Shown: one piece after another, positions 38,767-51,730 of the stretch
How the letters are laid out: each line of letters begins with the position of its first letter
Position numbering within the stretch: position 1 is the first letter of the stretch
DNA from: Octopus bimaculoides
Lineage: Eukaryota
Length of the DNA stretch: 64,000 nucleotides
Assembly: GCF_001194135.2 (NCBI RefSeq)
Contig: NC_069006.1
Span: 607,140 to 671,139 of the forward strand
Reading direction: 5' to 3'
Translations under genes and position numbers: made by a program
Notes under the pieces: generated by a model
What the model saw: only the letters and a program-made list of their open reading frames with translations
Told to the model about the DNA's origin: nothing
Databases searched by the model: none

Positions 38767-38978
38767 TGATGAGCTGGCTGAATCGTTAGCTCACCGGGAA
38801 ATGTGCTTAGCGGCATTTCGTCCGTCTTTACGTTCTGAGTTCAAATTCCGCCGAGGTCAACTTTGCCGTTCATCCTTTCGGGTTCGATAAATTAAGTACC
38901 AGTGAAACACTGGGGTTGATGTAATCAACTAGTCCCCTCCCCACCCAAATTTCAGGCCTTGTCTCTTTAGTAGAAAGG
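38767..38978 (+). mobile_element. SINE family B, well-preserved full-length copy
   Basis: GAGCTGGCTGAATCGTTAGC...TTACGTTCTGAGTTCAAATTCCGCCGAGGTCAACTTTGCC...GGCCTTGTCTCTTTAGTAGAAAGG. Confidence 0.9.
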
Positions 38979-39013
38979 CTATTTATATGCGTATGTTTAT
39001 ATGCATATATATA

Positions 39014-39204
39014 TACGAGGGAGTGCTGAAAAGTTCCTAGTTTTGAATAAAAGAAAACACAGGAAGATCAGTTAATGATTATTTTGTTAAACATATTCCC
39101 TCTCAGATTCAAACACTTATTGCAGCGGTCCTTCAGTTTTTCTAAACCCTGTAAAAGAACTCGGAAGGTTGGGCCTTCAAGCAGACATTTCGCGATATCC
39201 TTAA
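39014..39204 (-). mobile_element. Mariner 3' end with TIR and TA target site (Hsmar2/irritans-like TIR)
   Basis: TA+CGAGGGAGTGCTGAAAAGTTCC terminus; minus strand reads QGLEKLKDRCNKCLNLRG, the mariner C-terminal motif. Confidence 0.8.
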
Positions 39205-39464
39205 TATATATATAATAGCTTTTGATTTAGGAACAGAGACAGCAGTTTTTAGGGAAGGGGTCAGTCGATAATATCGACTTCATTTCTCAACTAGTGCTAT
39301 ATTTTATGGACACCGGACGGACGAAAAGTATTGTTAACGTAGGCGTAATTTGAACTCAGAACGAAAAACTCCATACTCAGTGCCACAAAGCATTTTCCAT
39401 AACGATCTTGTCACTCCCAGTAATAATCCTTTCTGCTATAGGCACAAGGCCAGAAATTTGTTTA

Positions 39465-40556
39465 TATTCGTACCAACTTTTTACCCTTTCGAATAAATTT
39501 AGATCAAACACATATCAGATGCTGCATACTCTTTGAATTCAAAAGAGGTGCTTCAGCAATGGAAGCAACAAGAAATATTCGTTCTGTCTATGAAAATAAC
39601 GCTCTGAGTGTCCAGAGAGGCTAACTATGGTCTGACCAGTTTCGGTCATGTATTTTGTTTTGGTTAGATTCCCCTAGATCTGGACAAGCAAATTCTTCCA
39701 ATATCGAGCTTCTAAAAACCACAATTGAGGAAAATCCAAAGCAAATTGCACGAGCATTAGCAAAAATGGTTCAATTTAAGACACATGAAGTAGGAAAAGT
39801 GTTTAAACTTGGTTAGTTGGTTCCTCACCATCAGACTGCTGCTTAACTTAGTCAAAGAATTGCTCTCTGCTTGTCATTGAAGAATACACATCCTACCGAA
39901 CTTTACCTGAGTAGAATGATCATAAGTGATGAAATGTGGGTTTTCTATAATCATTCCCAATGAAAATGATAACGGTTAGCACCCAATGAAAGAGGAGAAT
40001 CCATCTTCAAACCAGGACTACACCCGAAAATAGTTTGATGGAACATGAAGGGTGTCGTGTGTTAAACCAAAACTAAGCAGCTAATGCGGAAGGTTATCAA
40101 TTGGTGGTAGCATGACACAAAAATTTGCAGAAATAGTGTCCTTCAGTGGACAATCGTAAAAGGGTGTTGATCATACATGATAATGCAAGACCACATATTT
40201 CTCAAGCCACTCGGGAATAGAATATGGCATCAAACAGGGGAATCTTAATACAACCTCCTTACCCTCCTGACTTTGATCCATCTGACTATCATCTTTTATG
40301 ATCATTGCACCCTTATTTTGAGGGAAAACAGTTCATTAATAGTGAAGAGGTTAAAAATGATATGGAGTATTTCTTTGCTTCGAAACCTGAAGAATTTTAT
40401 ACTCGAAGGACGAACAGTTTGCCAAAGAGATAGGATTATGCTATAAAAAAATGAGAGGAAATACAATGCTTTGATAAAATATATCAATTAAGACCAAAGA
40501 ACCATTCATTTCTTTCTCATCTTGAAACATATCAGTACTTTCTTTCCAGCCTAATA
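39465..40556 (+). pseudogene. Decayed mariner (D,D34D-type) transposase with 3' TIR, 5' TIR lost
   Basis: Motifs RCCILFEFKRGASAMEATRNI, LVPH, RMIISDEMWVFYN, VLIIHDNARPHI, QPPYPPDFDPSDYHL with stops and frameshifts; ends ...TTCCAGCCTAA+TA. Confidence 0.9.
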
Positions 40557-40631
40557 AGTATGTATGTATGTATGTATGTACATAGGTAGGTAGGTAGGTA
40601 GGTAGGTAAGTAGGTATATTTGTATGTATGT

Positions 40632-41098
40632 ATGTATGTATGTATGTATGTCATTATTCAGTTTTATTTCAAGATTTCTTGCCAATAGAGAAAGAACCGG
40701 TTTCTAACCTAGATCCAAGGTTCCCTCATTGGAATTTCAACATCAACAGAGTATATTTGTATGTATGTATGTATATGTGCAGGTTTATAGGTTTTGTTTT
40801 ACGTATGTATTCTTATGCATATAGTTACATGTCGAGACAAGTTCATAAATACTTAATTCATAAACTTCTGGTAAGTTTAACTGATTTTTACAGTTCTAGT
40901 AATGACTTGGATTTGTAGTCTTCGAATCGGCTTTTTCTGTTCTGGTTTTGAGAACCCTAATTTCTCAAGATTGGTATTTAGGTAGTGTGTTACATATCCC
41001 AGTATTCCAATAATTACAGGTATAAACCTGAACTTGTAATCTGGATAGAGTAGCTATAGATTCCTCAATAGTTCGCAAAGATATTTTCTTTTTCGTTG
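40632..41098 (-). mobile_element. RLE-bearing non-LTR retrotransposon 3' end (R4/Dong-like) with (TACA)n tail
   Basis: Minus strand ELLRNL*LLYPDYKFRFIPVIIGILGYVTHYLNTNLEKLGFSKPEQKK, i.e. the P(V/I)IIGALG motif after the RLE domain. Confidence 0.75.
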
Positions 41099-41652
41099 AC
41101 CTTTAGCTTTATGTTAACATCCGCTGAGCAGCTGATTTCCACAACTATACACAGTTTCTCTTTTCTATGTATGTATGTATGTCTGCATGTGAATTTATGC
41201 ACGTGTCTGACTTTATGTGAGTGTTTAATAGTGTACGTGTATGTCTGTGTATGTACGTGTGCGTGCTTTCCTTTCGGATATTTGAAGAATGTTTAATGCG
41301 AAAAAAACAGAAAATGAAAAACATCCAAACTAAACATCAGAAAATCTCGAAAACCCCCTTTATAATCCCTTCCCCATTACTCTCACTTTCTTTCTATTCT
41401 TCTTTTGGCCTTCAATGTATTATTATTATTATTACTACTATTATTACTATTTGCGTATTGTGTTAAGGAGATATTTTCTTGCAGAAGTTAAAATAATATT
41501 TATCAGACACCAACTATTAATAAGGGTCGATGCTTGCAATAATATTTTAGAATGGAATGGTAACAAAAACAAAACTATTGCGGGAGAATACATAGAAAAT
41601 GTGTATATGTGAGTGTGTATGTATGTGTGTGTGTATAAAAAGAGAAACAGAG

Positions 41653-41683
<31 letters not shown>

Positions 41684-43073
41684 AGGGGAGGGTCCGCGTA
41701 ACAGTTGAAACTAATGCATTTTTAAAACTTGCCCTCTTATACGTGATGTGTGTGTGTGCGTGCGCGCGTCATGAGTTTGGGTAAACGGTCAGTGAATATC
41801 ATTCAACCCCAGTACTTAATGTTACTTTGTTTTATTAACCTTCGAAGTATATTCCCATCCATCCCATATATTTCATTCATACAGTTTTCATTGACATACA
41901 TATATATATATATAAATATATATATATATANNNNNNNNNNNNNNNNNNNNNNNNNNNNNNNNNNNNNNNNNNNNNNNNNNNNNNNNNNNNNNNNNNNNNN
42001 NNNNNNNNNNNNNNNNNNNNNNNNNNNNNNNNNNNNNNNNNNNNNNNNNNNNNNNNNNNNNNNNNNNNNNNNNNNNNNNNNNNNNNNNNNNNNNNNNNNN
42101 NNNNNNNNNNNNNNNNNNNNNNNNNNNNNNNNNNNNNNNNNNNNNNNNNNNNNNNNNNNNNNNNNNNNNNNNNNNNNNNNNNNNNNNNNNNNNNNNNNNN
42201 NNNNNNNNNNNNNNNNNNNNNNNNNNNNNNNNNNNNNNNNNNNNNNNNNNNNNNNNNNNNNNNNNNNNNNNNNNNNNNNNNNNNNNNNNNNNNNNNNNNN
42301 NNNNNNNNNNNNNNNNNNNNNNNNNNNNNNNNNNNNNNNNNNNNNNNNNNNNNNNNNNNNNNNNNNNNNNNNNNNNNNNNNNNNNNNNNNNNNNNNNNNN
42401 NNNNNNNNNNNNNNNNNNNNNNNNNNNNNNNNNNNNNNNNNNNNNNNNNNNNNNNNNNNNNNNNNNNNNNNNNNNNNNNNNNNNNNNNNNNNNNNNNNNN
42501 NNNNNNNNNNNNNNNNNNNNNNNNNNNNNNNNNNNNNNNNNNNNNNNNNNNNNNNNNNNNNNNNNNNNNNNNNNNNNNNNNNNNNNNNNNNNNNNNNNNN
42601 NNNNNNNNNNNNNNNNNNNNNNNNNNNNNNNNNNNNNNNNNNNNNNNNNNNNNNNNNNNNNNNNNNNNNNNNNNNNNNNNNNNNNNNNNNNNNNNNNNNN
42701 NNNNNNNNNNNNNNNNNNNNNNNNNNNNNNNNNNNNNNNNNNNNNNNNNNNNNNNNNNNNNGGGCGATACGAATGTGACCTGGATGTCAAAGGGGGCGGT
42801 AGCCCGAAACAGTTTGGGAACCACTACTCTAGATGAAGTTGTAATGCAATTGAACGAGCAGGACACTATTAAATGGCACATCTAAGGTTATCCATGCGTT
42901 AGAAACAAATGACAGACTGAATGTATTGTAAATAAGTGAACGCATTGTATATAATAATGCAATATACAAGTTTTTGAGGATGTATAATTCTCCATTCTCA
43001 TTTTAAAAGTATTATATATATATATATATATACATACATACATACATACATACATACATACATACATACATAC

Positions 43074-43112
<39 letters not shown>

Positions 43113-43121
43113 GAAAGAGAT

Positions 43122-43154
<33 letters not shown>

Positions 43155-43155
43155 A

Positions 43156-43188
<33 letters not shown>

Positions 43189-44019
43189 AAGAGAAAGAGA
43201 GAGAGACACACACACACACATATGGATAGATATACATACATATACACACAACTCACACAAATATGTGTGAGTGTGTGTGTATATATGCATGTACATTTAG
43301 TCACATGTATATTGAAAAACGTATATAATGTGGATGTAACTAAATATAGATGAAGTACATAGAGCAAATTATATACATATATATCTCTGTGTGTATATAT
43401 ACAAATATACATTTATTTACACAGACATATATTCACACACACAAACACCCACACATACATACAATCACATTACAAAGGGTAATCAACCCACACACGGATG
43501 AGAAGCCAAATAATAATAATAACAACAGCAACAACAACAACGGAATTGGAAGGTAGAAGAATCTGTTTGTGCGAATGTTTTTGTTTATCCATTTGGATGA
43601 GATTGTTGTTGTTGTTGTTGTCTTAATGTCGAATGGTGGAGAAGAAGTTATATACGATTCTCCTTTTGTAGGATAATGGCGATACTATGCGGAGATAACG
43701 GTTCTATCTACTGGAATTGGTACAACTCCAAGACAGTGCTTCACTCAAATACTTGCAATGAATACATAAGCACGCGCGCGCGCACACACACATACACACA
43801 CACACGCACACATATACACACACACGCGTTTACAAATATACATTTATATGTGTACATACGATGATAACGTACACAAGTAGGTATGAGTATGTATGTATAT
43901 GCATACACACACATACACACACATATATGTAGGCATGCATATACATACACACACCTATATATACGCACACGCACGTGTGTGTGTGTGTGTGTGTATGTAT
44001 GTACTAGAGGCTTATGACT

Positions 44020-44180
44020 CTTATCTCTTACTTGCTTCAGTCATTAGACTGCGACCATGCTGAAGCATGCAGCCTTGAATCGACCCCAGTAATTATTTTT
44101 CTAAGTCTAGTACTTGTATCGCTTTTTTTTTTCTTTTGTTCCGTCGCTAAGTTACTTTGACATAAACAAACCAACTGAGG
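44020..44180 (-). mobile_element. SINE family A 3' half
   Basis: TACTTGCTTCAGTCATTAGACTGCGACCATGCTG...CGCTAAGTTAC...AAACAAACCAAC. Confidence 0.7.
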
Positions 44181-44202
44181 GTTCTTCCATTTCGGTGCCT
44201 TT

Positions 44203-44545
44203 TGTTTCAACTAAAGGCCCGGCACCTGGAATTTGGAAAGCGGGATAGTCGATTATATAAATTCCAGTACTTGACTGGTACTTTATTTTATCGACCCGAA
44301 AGGATATGAGACAAATTTGACCTGGGCGGGATTTGAACTAAGAACTGGAAGAAATGTCGCTAAGCATTTTGTTCGGCACGCTACCGATCCTGCTATTTCG
44401 TTACCTTATACAATAATAGTCAATAATGTTTTTTCTACGATAGGCTTATAGATTATATCGATCCCAGTACTCAACTGGCACTTCTTTTATCGACCCCGAA
44501 ACAATAAAAGGCAAAGTCAACTTCGATGGGAGTTGAACTCAGGAC
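44203..44545 (-). mobile_element. Two tandem SINE family B copies
   Basis: GTCGATTATATAAATTCCAGTAC...TTTATCGACCCGAAAGG...GATTTGAACT; second copy from about 44440. Confidence 0.75.
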
Positions 44546-44889
44546 ATAAAGAACTGGTTTAAGAGAAATTTAGCTCTTATTTCTAGCCGGTCGAGAGAAC
44601 AGACTGCATACGGTCTTTCTCTTTGTCTTCCTCTCTCCCTTCTTCTTCTCTCTTTGGGTCTTCGATGCAGCGTTTCGATGAGTGCAACATCACAAATATG
44701 TTGACTATCCAGAGTGGAGTTTACAGACATTTCACATTATTAACAAACATTAAAAAAAATATGAACATTTTAGGAACAAATTTAGTTTTATTAGCGATAC
44801 CGAAATTAATAAATGACCAATTAGATATCACATCACATGTCATCAGTCACGTGTGAAATTACTTCCGGAGTTTTTAGATCTCTTAATAT

Positions 44890-45073
44890 TGCTTTCTACT
44901 CCAGGCACAAGGCGCGAAATTCTTGGGCAGAGGGCCAGTCGATTAAGTCGACCTCAGCACGCAAGTGGTACTTAATTTATTGACCACGAAAGGATGAAAG
45001 GCAACGTCGATCTCGGCAGAATTTGAACTCAGAACGTAAAGACAGACGAAATACCGCTAAGCATTTCACTCGG
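44890..45073 (-). mobile_element. 5'-truncated SINE family B with perfect 14-bp TSD
   Basis: AGATCTCTTAATAT at 44876-44889 and 45074-45087. Confidence 0.92.
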
Positions 45074-45102
45074 AGATCTCTTAATATGGATAATACACGT
45101 AA

Positions 45103-45300
45103 AGCGGTGAGCTGGTAGAATCGTTAGCACGCTGGGAAAAGTGCTTAGTAGCATTTCGTCCGTCGTTACGTTTTGAGTTCAAGGTTCGACTTTGCCTTTC
45201 ATCATTTCGGAGTCGACAAAAATAAGTACAAGTTGAGCACTACGATCGATATCCCTCCCTACCAAAACTGCTGGGTTTGTGCCAAAATTTGAAACTAATA
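45103..45300 (+). mobile_element. SINE family B, inverted relative to the 44890-45073 copy
   Basis: AGCGGTGAGCTGGTAGAATCGTTAGCACG...GTTTGTGCCAAAATTTGAAAC. Confidence 0.85.
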
Positions 45301-45789
45301 TTACTTTAAACGTAAATACATTCGAACAAGTTGGTCAGATTCGATTTAATTTCCAAAAGACAAGCTAAAGATTATCGGTGATGCGCCAAAGTGTCGCCAT
45401 ATGAAAATTTGGAAACTTCAACTACGCTAGACTTGGCCTCTCGGCAGTGGATTCTCAGTACCTTGATGGAGCACCATAAACCGTAAAATGCTTGTCATGG
45501 GCAGTTTTAGACCTGGCATGGCCAATTTCGCTCTTGGCCAGACCTCAGTCGATTCCTTCAAGGAACGGAGAAAGGGATAGACAGACGAATATACATGTAT
45601 GTATAAATGAATATCCGGTGGGTGATTCTGTATACAATGTGTGCATAAGCAATGTCAAAATATATCAATACACTTGACATATCCTGATATATTCAAGTAA
45701 AGTTTCCTGTATGTACGCACACACACATTTACATATTAGATGTGTTCATGTCTGCGAACATACATATATATATATACATACATACATAT

Positions 45790-45839
<50 letters not shown>

Positions 45840-46422
45840 NNNNNNNNNNNNNNNNNNNNNNNNNNNNNNNNNNNNNNNNNNNNNNNNNNNNNNNNNNNNN
45901 NNNNNNNNNNNNNNNNNNNNNNNNNNNNNNNNNNNNNNNNNNNNNNNNNNNNNNNNNNNNNNNNNNNNNNNNNNNNNNNNNNNNNNNNATGCACGCACAT
46001 TCGAACAAGTGTCATCCAGTTTTTCAGAGACGTTTTCGACACAAAACCGAAAGGAAAACACAGCAGAACCACAACAGCCGCAGCAGGAGCAGCAACAACA
46101 GGCGACGACCAGCACAACAACTACACCAGCAGCAACAGTAACTGCAACAAGAACAACAACAGCTGCATTGTTTCTTAAAATTCTATTTATTTATTTTGCC
46201 AGTCGTCGTCGTCGTCGTCGTCTGTGAATTGCTCCATTGAGAAAACAACATCGCGTATTTTTACAATGTTCTCCGTTGCACGGAACTGCCAGTTGAGGCT
46301 CACGAGACCGCAATGACGCCACTGAAATATATCCATCTTCTACTTTTGTTGTTGTCGCGTTGATGTCATCGTTATTGTTGTTGTGAATGTTGCTGTTGTT
46401 GATATTTTTGCCGTTGTGAATG

Positions 46423-46689
46423 TCCAGCGCTATACCGAACTACTGCGACTGCGCGCGAGTTTATTGTCGAAATTAGGTTTCCGGCATTCAGCTTTGAAGC
46501 CAATATTTTTCTCACTCGCCGCGGGTCCTCTCTTTTTGTCTTTTCCTTCGTGTCGCGGTGTTTGATTCCATCTGCATCAAGTATTCTCAGGTATTTATAG
46601 CTGGATCGAGGTTGAATTGCCTTCATCATTTCGCCACTTGGCAACCACATACCTTCTGTCCTGGCAAGCTTTCCTCGTTTCATCACCAT
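46423..46689 (-). pseudogene. R4/Dong-like non-LTR RT fragment (post-catalytic region)
   Basis: VMKRGKLARTEGMWLPSGEMMKAIQPRSSYKYLRILDADGIKHRDTKEKTKREDPRRVRKILASKLNAGNLISTINSRAVAVVRYSAG, i.e. the YKYLG..KSKLN.GN..AIN..AV...RYSAG signature. Confidence 0.85.
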
Positions 46690-46750
46690 CGTAGCACATT
46701 TTGGGAGTCCGCGGATTTTATTCCATTATTATTATTATTATTATTATTAA

Positions 46751-46940
46751 GGCGGCGAGCTGAAAGAATCGTTAGCACGCCGGACAAAATGTTTCGCAGC
46801 ATTTCGTCTGTCATTACGTTCTTAGTCCAAATACCGCCGAGGCCGACGTTGCCTATCATCCTTTCGGAGCACCGGGATCGATGTAATCGACTTATCTCCT
46901 CTGAAACTGTTGGCCTTATGCCAAAATTTAAAACCATCAA
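46751..46940 (+). mobile_element. SINE family B inserted at the end of an (ATT)n run
   Basis: (ATT)n-AAGGCGGCGAGCTGAAAGAATCGTTAGCACGCCGGACAAAATG...GGCCTTATGCCAAAATTTAAAACC. Confidence 0.9.
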
Positions 46941-46959
46941 TATTTTTAGTATTGATAGT

Positions 46960-47165
46960 GTGCACGAATGTTTTACTTTCCGAATCAATGTCCTTGATAC
47001 CAGGTTACAACCAGGTTCCTTAGATATCGAGGACCTTTCTTAGAATCCTTGTTATTCCCAACAGAGCAAATTCACACCATTCTCAATAAGGGCATTATTA
47101 AGTCTGTTGATGACAGTACCTAGCTTACTTATAAAAACTGGAATTACTTTTGCAGGAGCCCTCCC
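46960..47165 (-). mobile_element. R4/Dong-like LINE ORF C-terminus and 3'UTR start
   Basis: Minus strand KVIPVFISKLGTVINRLNNALIE then, after a frameshift, ALLGITRILRKVLDI*. Confidence 0.7.
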
Positions 47166-47172
47166 CAGTCTT

Positions 47173-47640
47173 TTATTATTGTTGAGTGAGAGAGCAGCAC
47201 ATGTCATCAAAGTGACACTGGGTTACAAATATCTGAAGCCCAATATAGTCATCAAGGCTACTCGTCTGATAAGGATGCACCAAGTACATGCATCACCCAT
47301 GTGAGGGTCCAATTAAAATAGTCGAGTGGCCCATCCCACTCAAAATGTCCCTGAATAAGGTTTAAGACTGAAGAACGAAACATCCATGCTTCCAGAGGTG
47401 AACTATTCAAACCTAAAAGAATTCCTCCCAACATAAGGCTATGATGCTCCCCCACTACTGCTTGTGACCAGAGATGCACATATCATCAGCCACCAAGGGA
47501 CATGTTTAACTAGTCAAGGTCAGGCAACTGACAAGCAAACCTGTGGTTTTGAGCAGAATATTTGTTGCTGGCCATCTTTTATACCGATACAAAGAATGTA
47601 TCCAATCAGTTAAGATCAGAAGCCACGAGAGCCACTACCT
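47173..47640 (-). mobile_element. Interspersed retro-element 3' region with (AAT)n tail, family unassigned
   Basis: Reverse complement ends CCCAGTGTCACTTTGATGACATGTGCTGCTCTCTCACTCAACAATAATAA; complex non-coding sequence that I recall as a common octopus repeat but cannot verify here. Confidence 0.5.
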
Positions 47641-47689
47641 ATTACTGCATTGAGGATTAATACTTCTTCCTCATTATTATTATTGGCCG

Positions 47690-47880
47690 CAGGAAAATGA
47701 CTGAAACAAGTAAAAGAATATACGACGGATTTCCACGCGGTTTCAGTCTACCAAATTCATTCAAAAGGTATTGATCGGCCCAAAGCTATAGTAAAAGCCA
47801 CTCATCCAGGGTGCCACGCAGTGGGACTGAACCGGTAATCATGTCGTTGTAAAGCGAGCTTCTTAACCACGCGGCCACAC
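47690..47880 (-). mobile_element. SINE family A 5' half
   Basis: GGTGCCACGCAGTGGGACTGAACCGG...CTTCTTAACCACGCGGCCAC. Confidence 0.8.
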
Positions 47881-48445
47881 CCGTTCTTCATCATTATATA
47901 TATATATATATANNNNNNNNNNNNNNNNNNNNNNNNNNNNNNNNNNNNNNNNNNNNNNNNNNNNNNNNNNNNNNNNNNNNNNNNNNNNNNNNNNNNNNNN
48001 NNNNNNNNNNNNNNNNNNNNNNNNNNNNNNNNNNNNNNNNNNNNNNNNNNNNNNNNNNNNNNNNNNNNNNNNNNNNNNNNNNNNNNNNNNNNNNNNNNNN
48101 NNNNNNNNNNNNNNNNNNNNNNNNNNNNNNNNNNNNNNNNNNNNNNTGCACGTGTATAGGTATTGCGTGAGTTCGTTGCCATAGTAGTGGTATCTCTATA
48201 AATTCTTGAACATTTTTACGAGAACAGAGACGACATTTTCTACAAATATTCTATGAATCACGAAACTATGTAATCTTACTTTAATTTTTTTTTTCTTTTC
48301 ACAATTTAAACATTAAAAAGATAAAAAACAAAAACCAACAAGGAAACACACAAATGAAAGAACGCAAAACATAATTTTCAGAGATAACATAGTAAAGCAA
48401 ATTGTAATCAATGCACATACTATCACAGTAACACAAACACACACA

Positions 48446-48483
<38 letters not shown>

Positions 48484-49797
48484 CATACATAGTTATGGGC
48501 GTGTGTGTAGGTATTAATCAACATATGCAGGTGAAAGAAGTGGAGCTTAATTCAAATAGCCTCAAGAGACATGGGGAAACTAATAGTAGCAGTGTCGAGC
48601 GGAATATGTAGCTATTAAACACACACAGAAACGTGCATTTATGTATGCACATTCGTAAATTAATATCCATTACTTCAAGACTTTTTTTTTTCTTTTTTCC
48701 ATACCGTATCATCAATATGATGCATGTTAGTAGAAGTGACTTCCCTTGATTTACAACCCTTTTCCCTTTAAAATACAACAATATACACACACACATATAT
48801 ACAGATCGATAAACTTATCCATACATACTTAGATATACACACACATATATATACGCATGAATTATATATATATATATATATATATACATACACACACACA
48901 CGTGTGAATTATATATATATATATATATATACANNNNNNNNNNNNNNNNNNNNNNNNNNNNNNNNNNNNNNNNNNNNNNNNNNNNNNNNNNNNNNNNNNN
49001 NNNNNNNNNNNNNNNNNNNNNNNNNNNNNNNNNNNNNNNNNNNNNNNNNNNNNNNNNNNNNNNNNNNNNNNNNNNNNNNNNNNNNNNNNNNNNNNNNNNN
49101 NNNNNNNNNNNNNNNNNNNNNNNNNNNNNNNNNNNNNNNNNNNNNNNNNNNNNNNNNNNNNNNNNNNNNNNNNNNNNNNNNNNNNNNNNNNNNNNNNNNN
49201 NNNNNNNNNNNNNNNNNNNNNNNNNNNNNNNNNNNNNNNNNNNNNNNNNNNNNNNNNNNNNNNNNNNNNNNNNNNNNNNNNNNNNNNNNNNNNNNNNNNN
49301 NNNNNNNNNNNNNNNNNNNNNNNNNNNNNNNNNNNNNNNNNNNNNNNNNNNNNNNNNNNNNNNNNNNNNNNNNNNNNNNNNNNNNNNNNNNNNNNNNNNN
49401 NNNNNNNNNNNNNNNNNNNNNNNNNNNNNNNNNNNNNNNNNNNNNNNNNNNNNNNNNNNNNNNNNNNNNNNNNNNNNNNNNNNNNNNNNNNNNNNNNNNN
49501 NNNNNNNNNNNNNNNNNNNNNNNNNNNNNNNNNNNNNNNNNNNNNNNNNNNNNNNNNNNNNNNNNNNNNNNNNNNNNNNNNNNNNNNNNNNNNNNNNNNN
49601 NNNNNNNNNNNNNNNNNNNNNNNNNNNNNNNNNNNNNNNNNNNNNNNNNNNNNNNNNNNNNNNNNNNNNNNNNNNNNNNNNNNNNNNNNNNNNNNNNNNN
49701 NNNNNNNNNNNNNNNNNNNNNNNNNNNNNNNNNNNATATATATATATATACACACACACGCGTAGATATATATATATATATACACACACACGCGTAG

Positions 49798-49828
<31 letters not shown>

Positions 49829-50229
49829 TTATATATACACACACACACACTATATATATTTATATATATATATATATATATATAGTGTCTGCGTGTGTGA
49901 AGCCAATATGTGATGCTTCTTATAGTTTCACAAGTGCTATAGGATAGAAATGAACTAATATTTTAGTAAATTTTTGAGTTGCTTCTATTTACTTTGAAGA
50001 ATATTAGATTTGAATATGAAGAAAAACGAAATGAAAAGAAGCCACAAAATGGTAATCTGTATATAAATACATACATGTAAATGTGTGTATGTGCGTGAGC
50101 ATGTGTGTATGTATGTATCTATCTGTCTGTCTATCTATGTGAGCGTGCGTAAATTATATACACATATATAAATATATATACACACAAATATATATATATA
50201 TATATACATAGAGAGAGAGAGAGAGGCAT

Positions 50230-50301
<72 letters not shown>

Positions 50302-50712
50302 GCAGATACATTCAGATACATCAACACACACTAATTTCAACACACGTACAGACATATATATATATATATACACACACCCCACACACACACCGAAAGAAAA
50401 ATAAAGTAACGAAAGCTAGATATGATACTACAGGGTTTAAAAGAATCCTTACATCTTAACAGTAAAAATAATGAATAACAAGCAAAGAGTTTTTCTCTCC
50501 CCCCCCCCTCTCTCCTCTCATTGCATTTCGGAAGAGAATAATAATAATAATAATAATAATCTACGTTTTATATGAATAAACACAATTTCCTTGTATATTC
50601 TTCAAATAAACATATTGCGTATATATTTGAATACGAAGTCAAACACAGAGGCACGCGATCGCAGGAATTAAAATGTGTATTTTGTTAAATGGGTTCTTAC
50701 AAACATCAACGT

Positions 50713-50773
<61 letters not shown>

Positions 50774-50924
50774 TATATTCGTTGATACATGCAGATATGT
50801 ATCGCGTATGTGTAGAGTTTATACGTATCTGTAAATTTATATATATCTATAAATATCTCCATCCATAAATCTCTCTCTCTCTATATATATATATATGTAT
50901 ACATACATAGTGATNNNNNNNNNN

Positions 50925-50959
<35 letters not shown>

Positions 50960-51423
50960 CATACATACATACACGCATATTACACCTACATACATACAGT
51001 GTATATATTTCTACGTGTGTTATATATATACAGACACAGAGAGAGTTAGATGTATATGGTTATATGTACGGGTCTGGGAGGTGTATATATTACACATGCA
51101 TATAATTATAAATATGAAGGAACATATGTGAGATTAGCATAAATGAACTCACAATAAAAAAAAAAACACTCATACAAACACACACGCGCATATGTAAGTA
51201 TCTTTAGAAATACATTTGTGTTTTTAATTTATATATGAATAAACATTTTGCTGATACTCATAAAATATTCTGTAATATATATTAAAAATGTTTCACGCTT
51301 ACACATCCGTCTTACACACACGTCTTACACACACACACGCCTACAGAAGCACAGATACACACACATTTATTTAAAAAGGCAGATGTATATTATACATACA
51401 CAATTATTTACTTACATGGATGG

Positions 51424-51501
<78 letters not shown>

Positions 51502-51691
51502 ATATACACACACACATGTATACATGTATGTTTGACATAAAATGTAACATTAATATCGTTACCTATATCACCGTATGGCCCACATGTAGTTTAATATAAA
51601 AACCATCTAATGTTCCTATGGTAACCGTTTTACATATGAATCTATTTTCTCCTCCTCAAACCCTGCGTGGGAGAGCCTGTATTTATATATG

Positions 51692-51730
<39 letters not shown>

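Noticed and set aside
46190-46340. Short frame MDIFQWRHCGLVSLNWQFRATENI on the minus strand
   Set aside because: Weak splice signals, embedded in triplet repeats next to a LINE fragment
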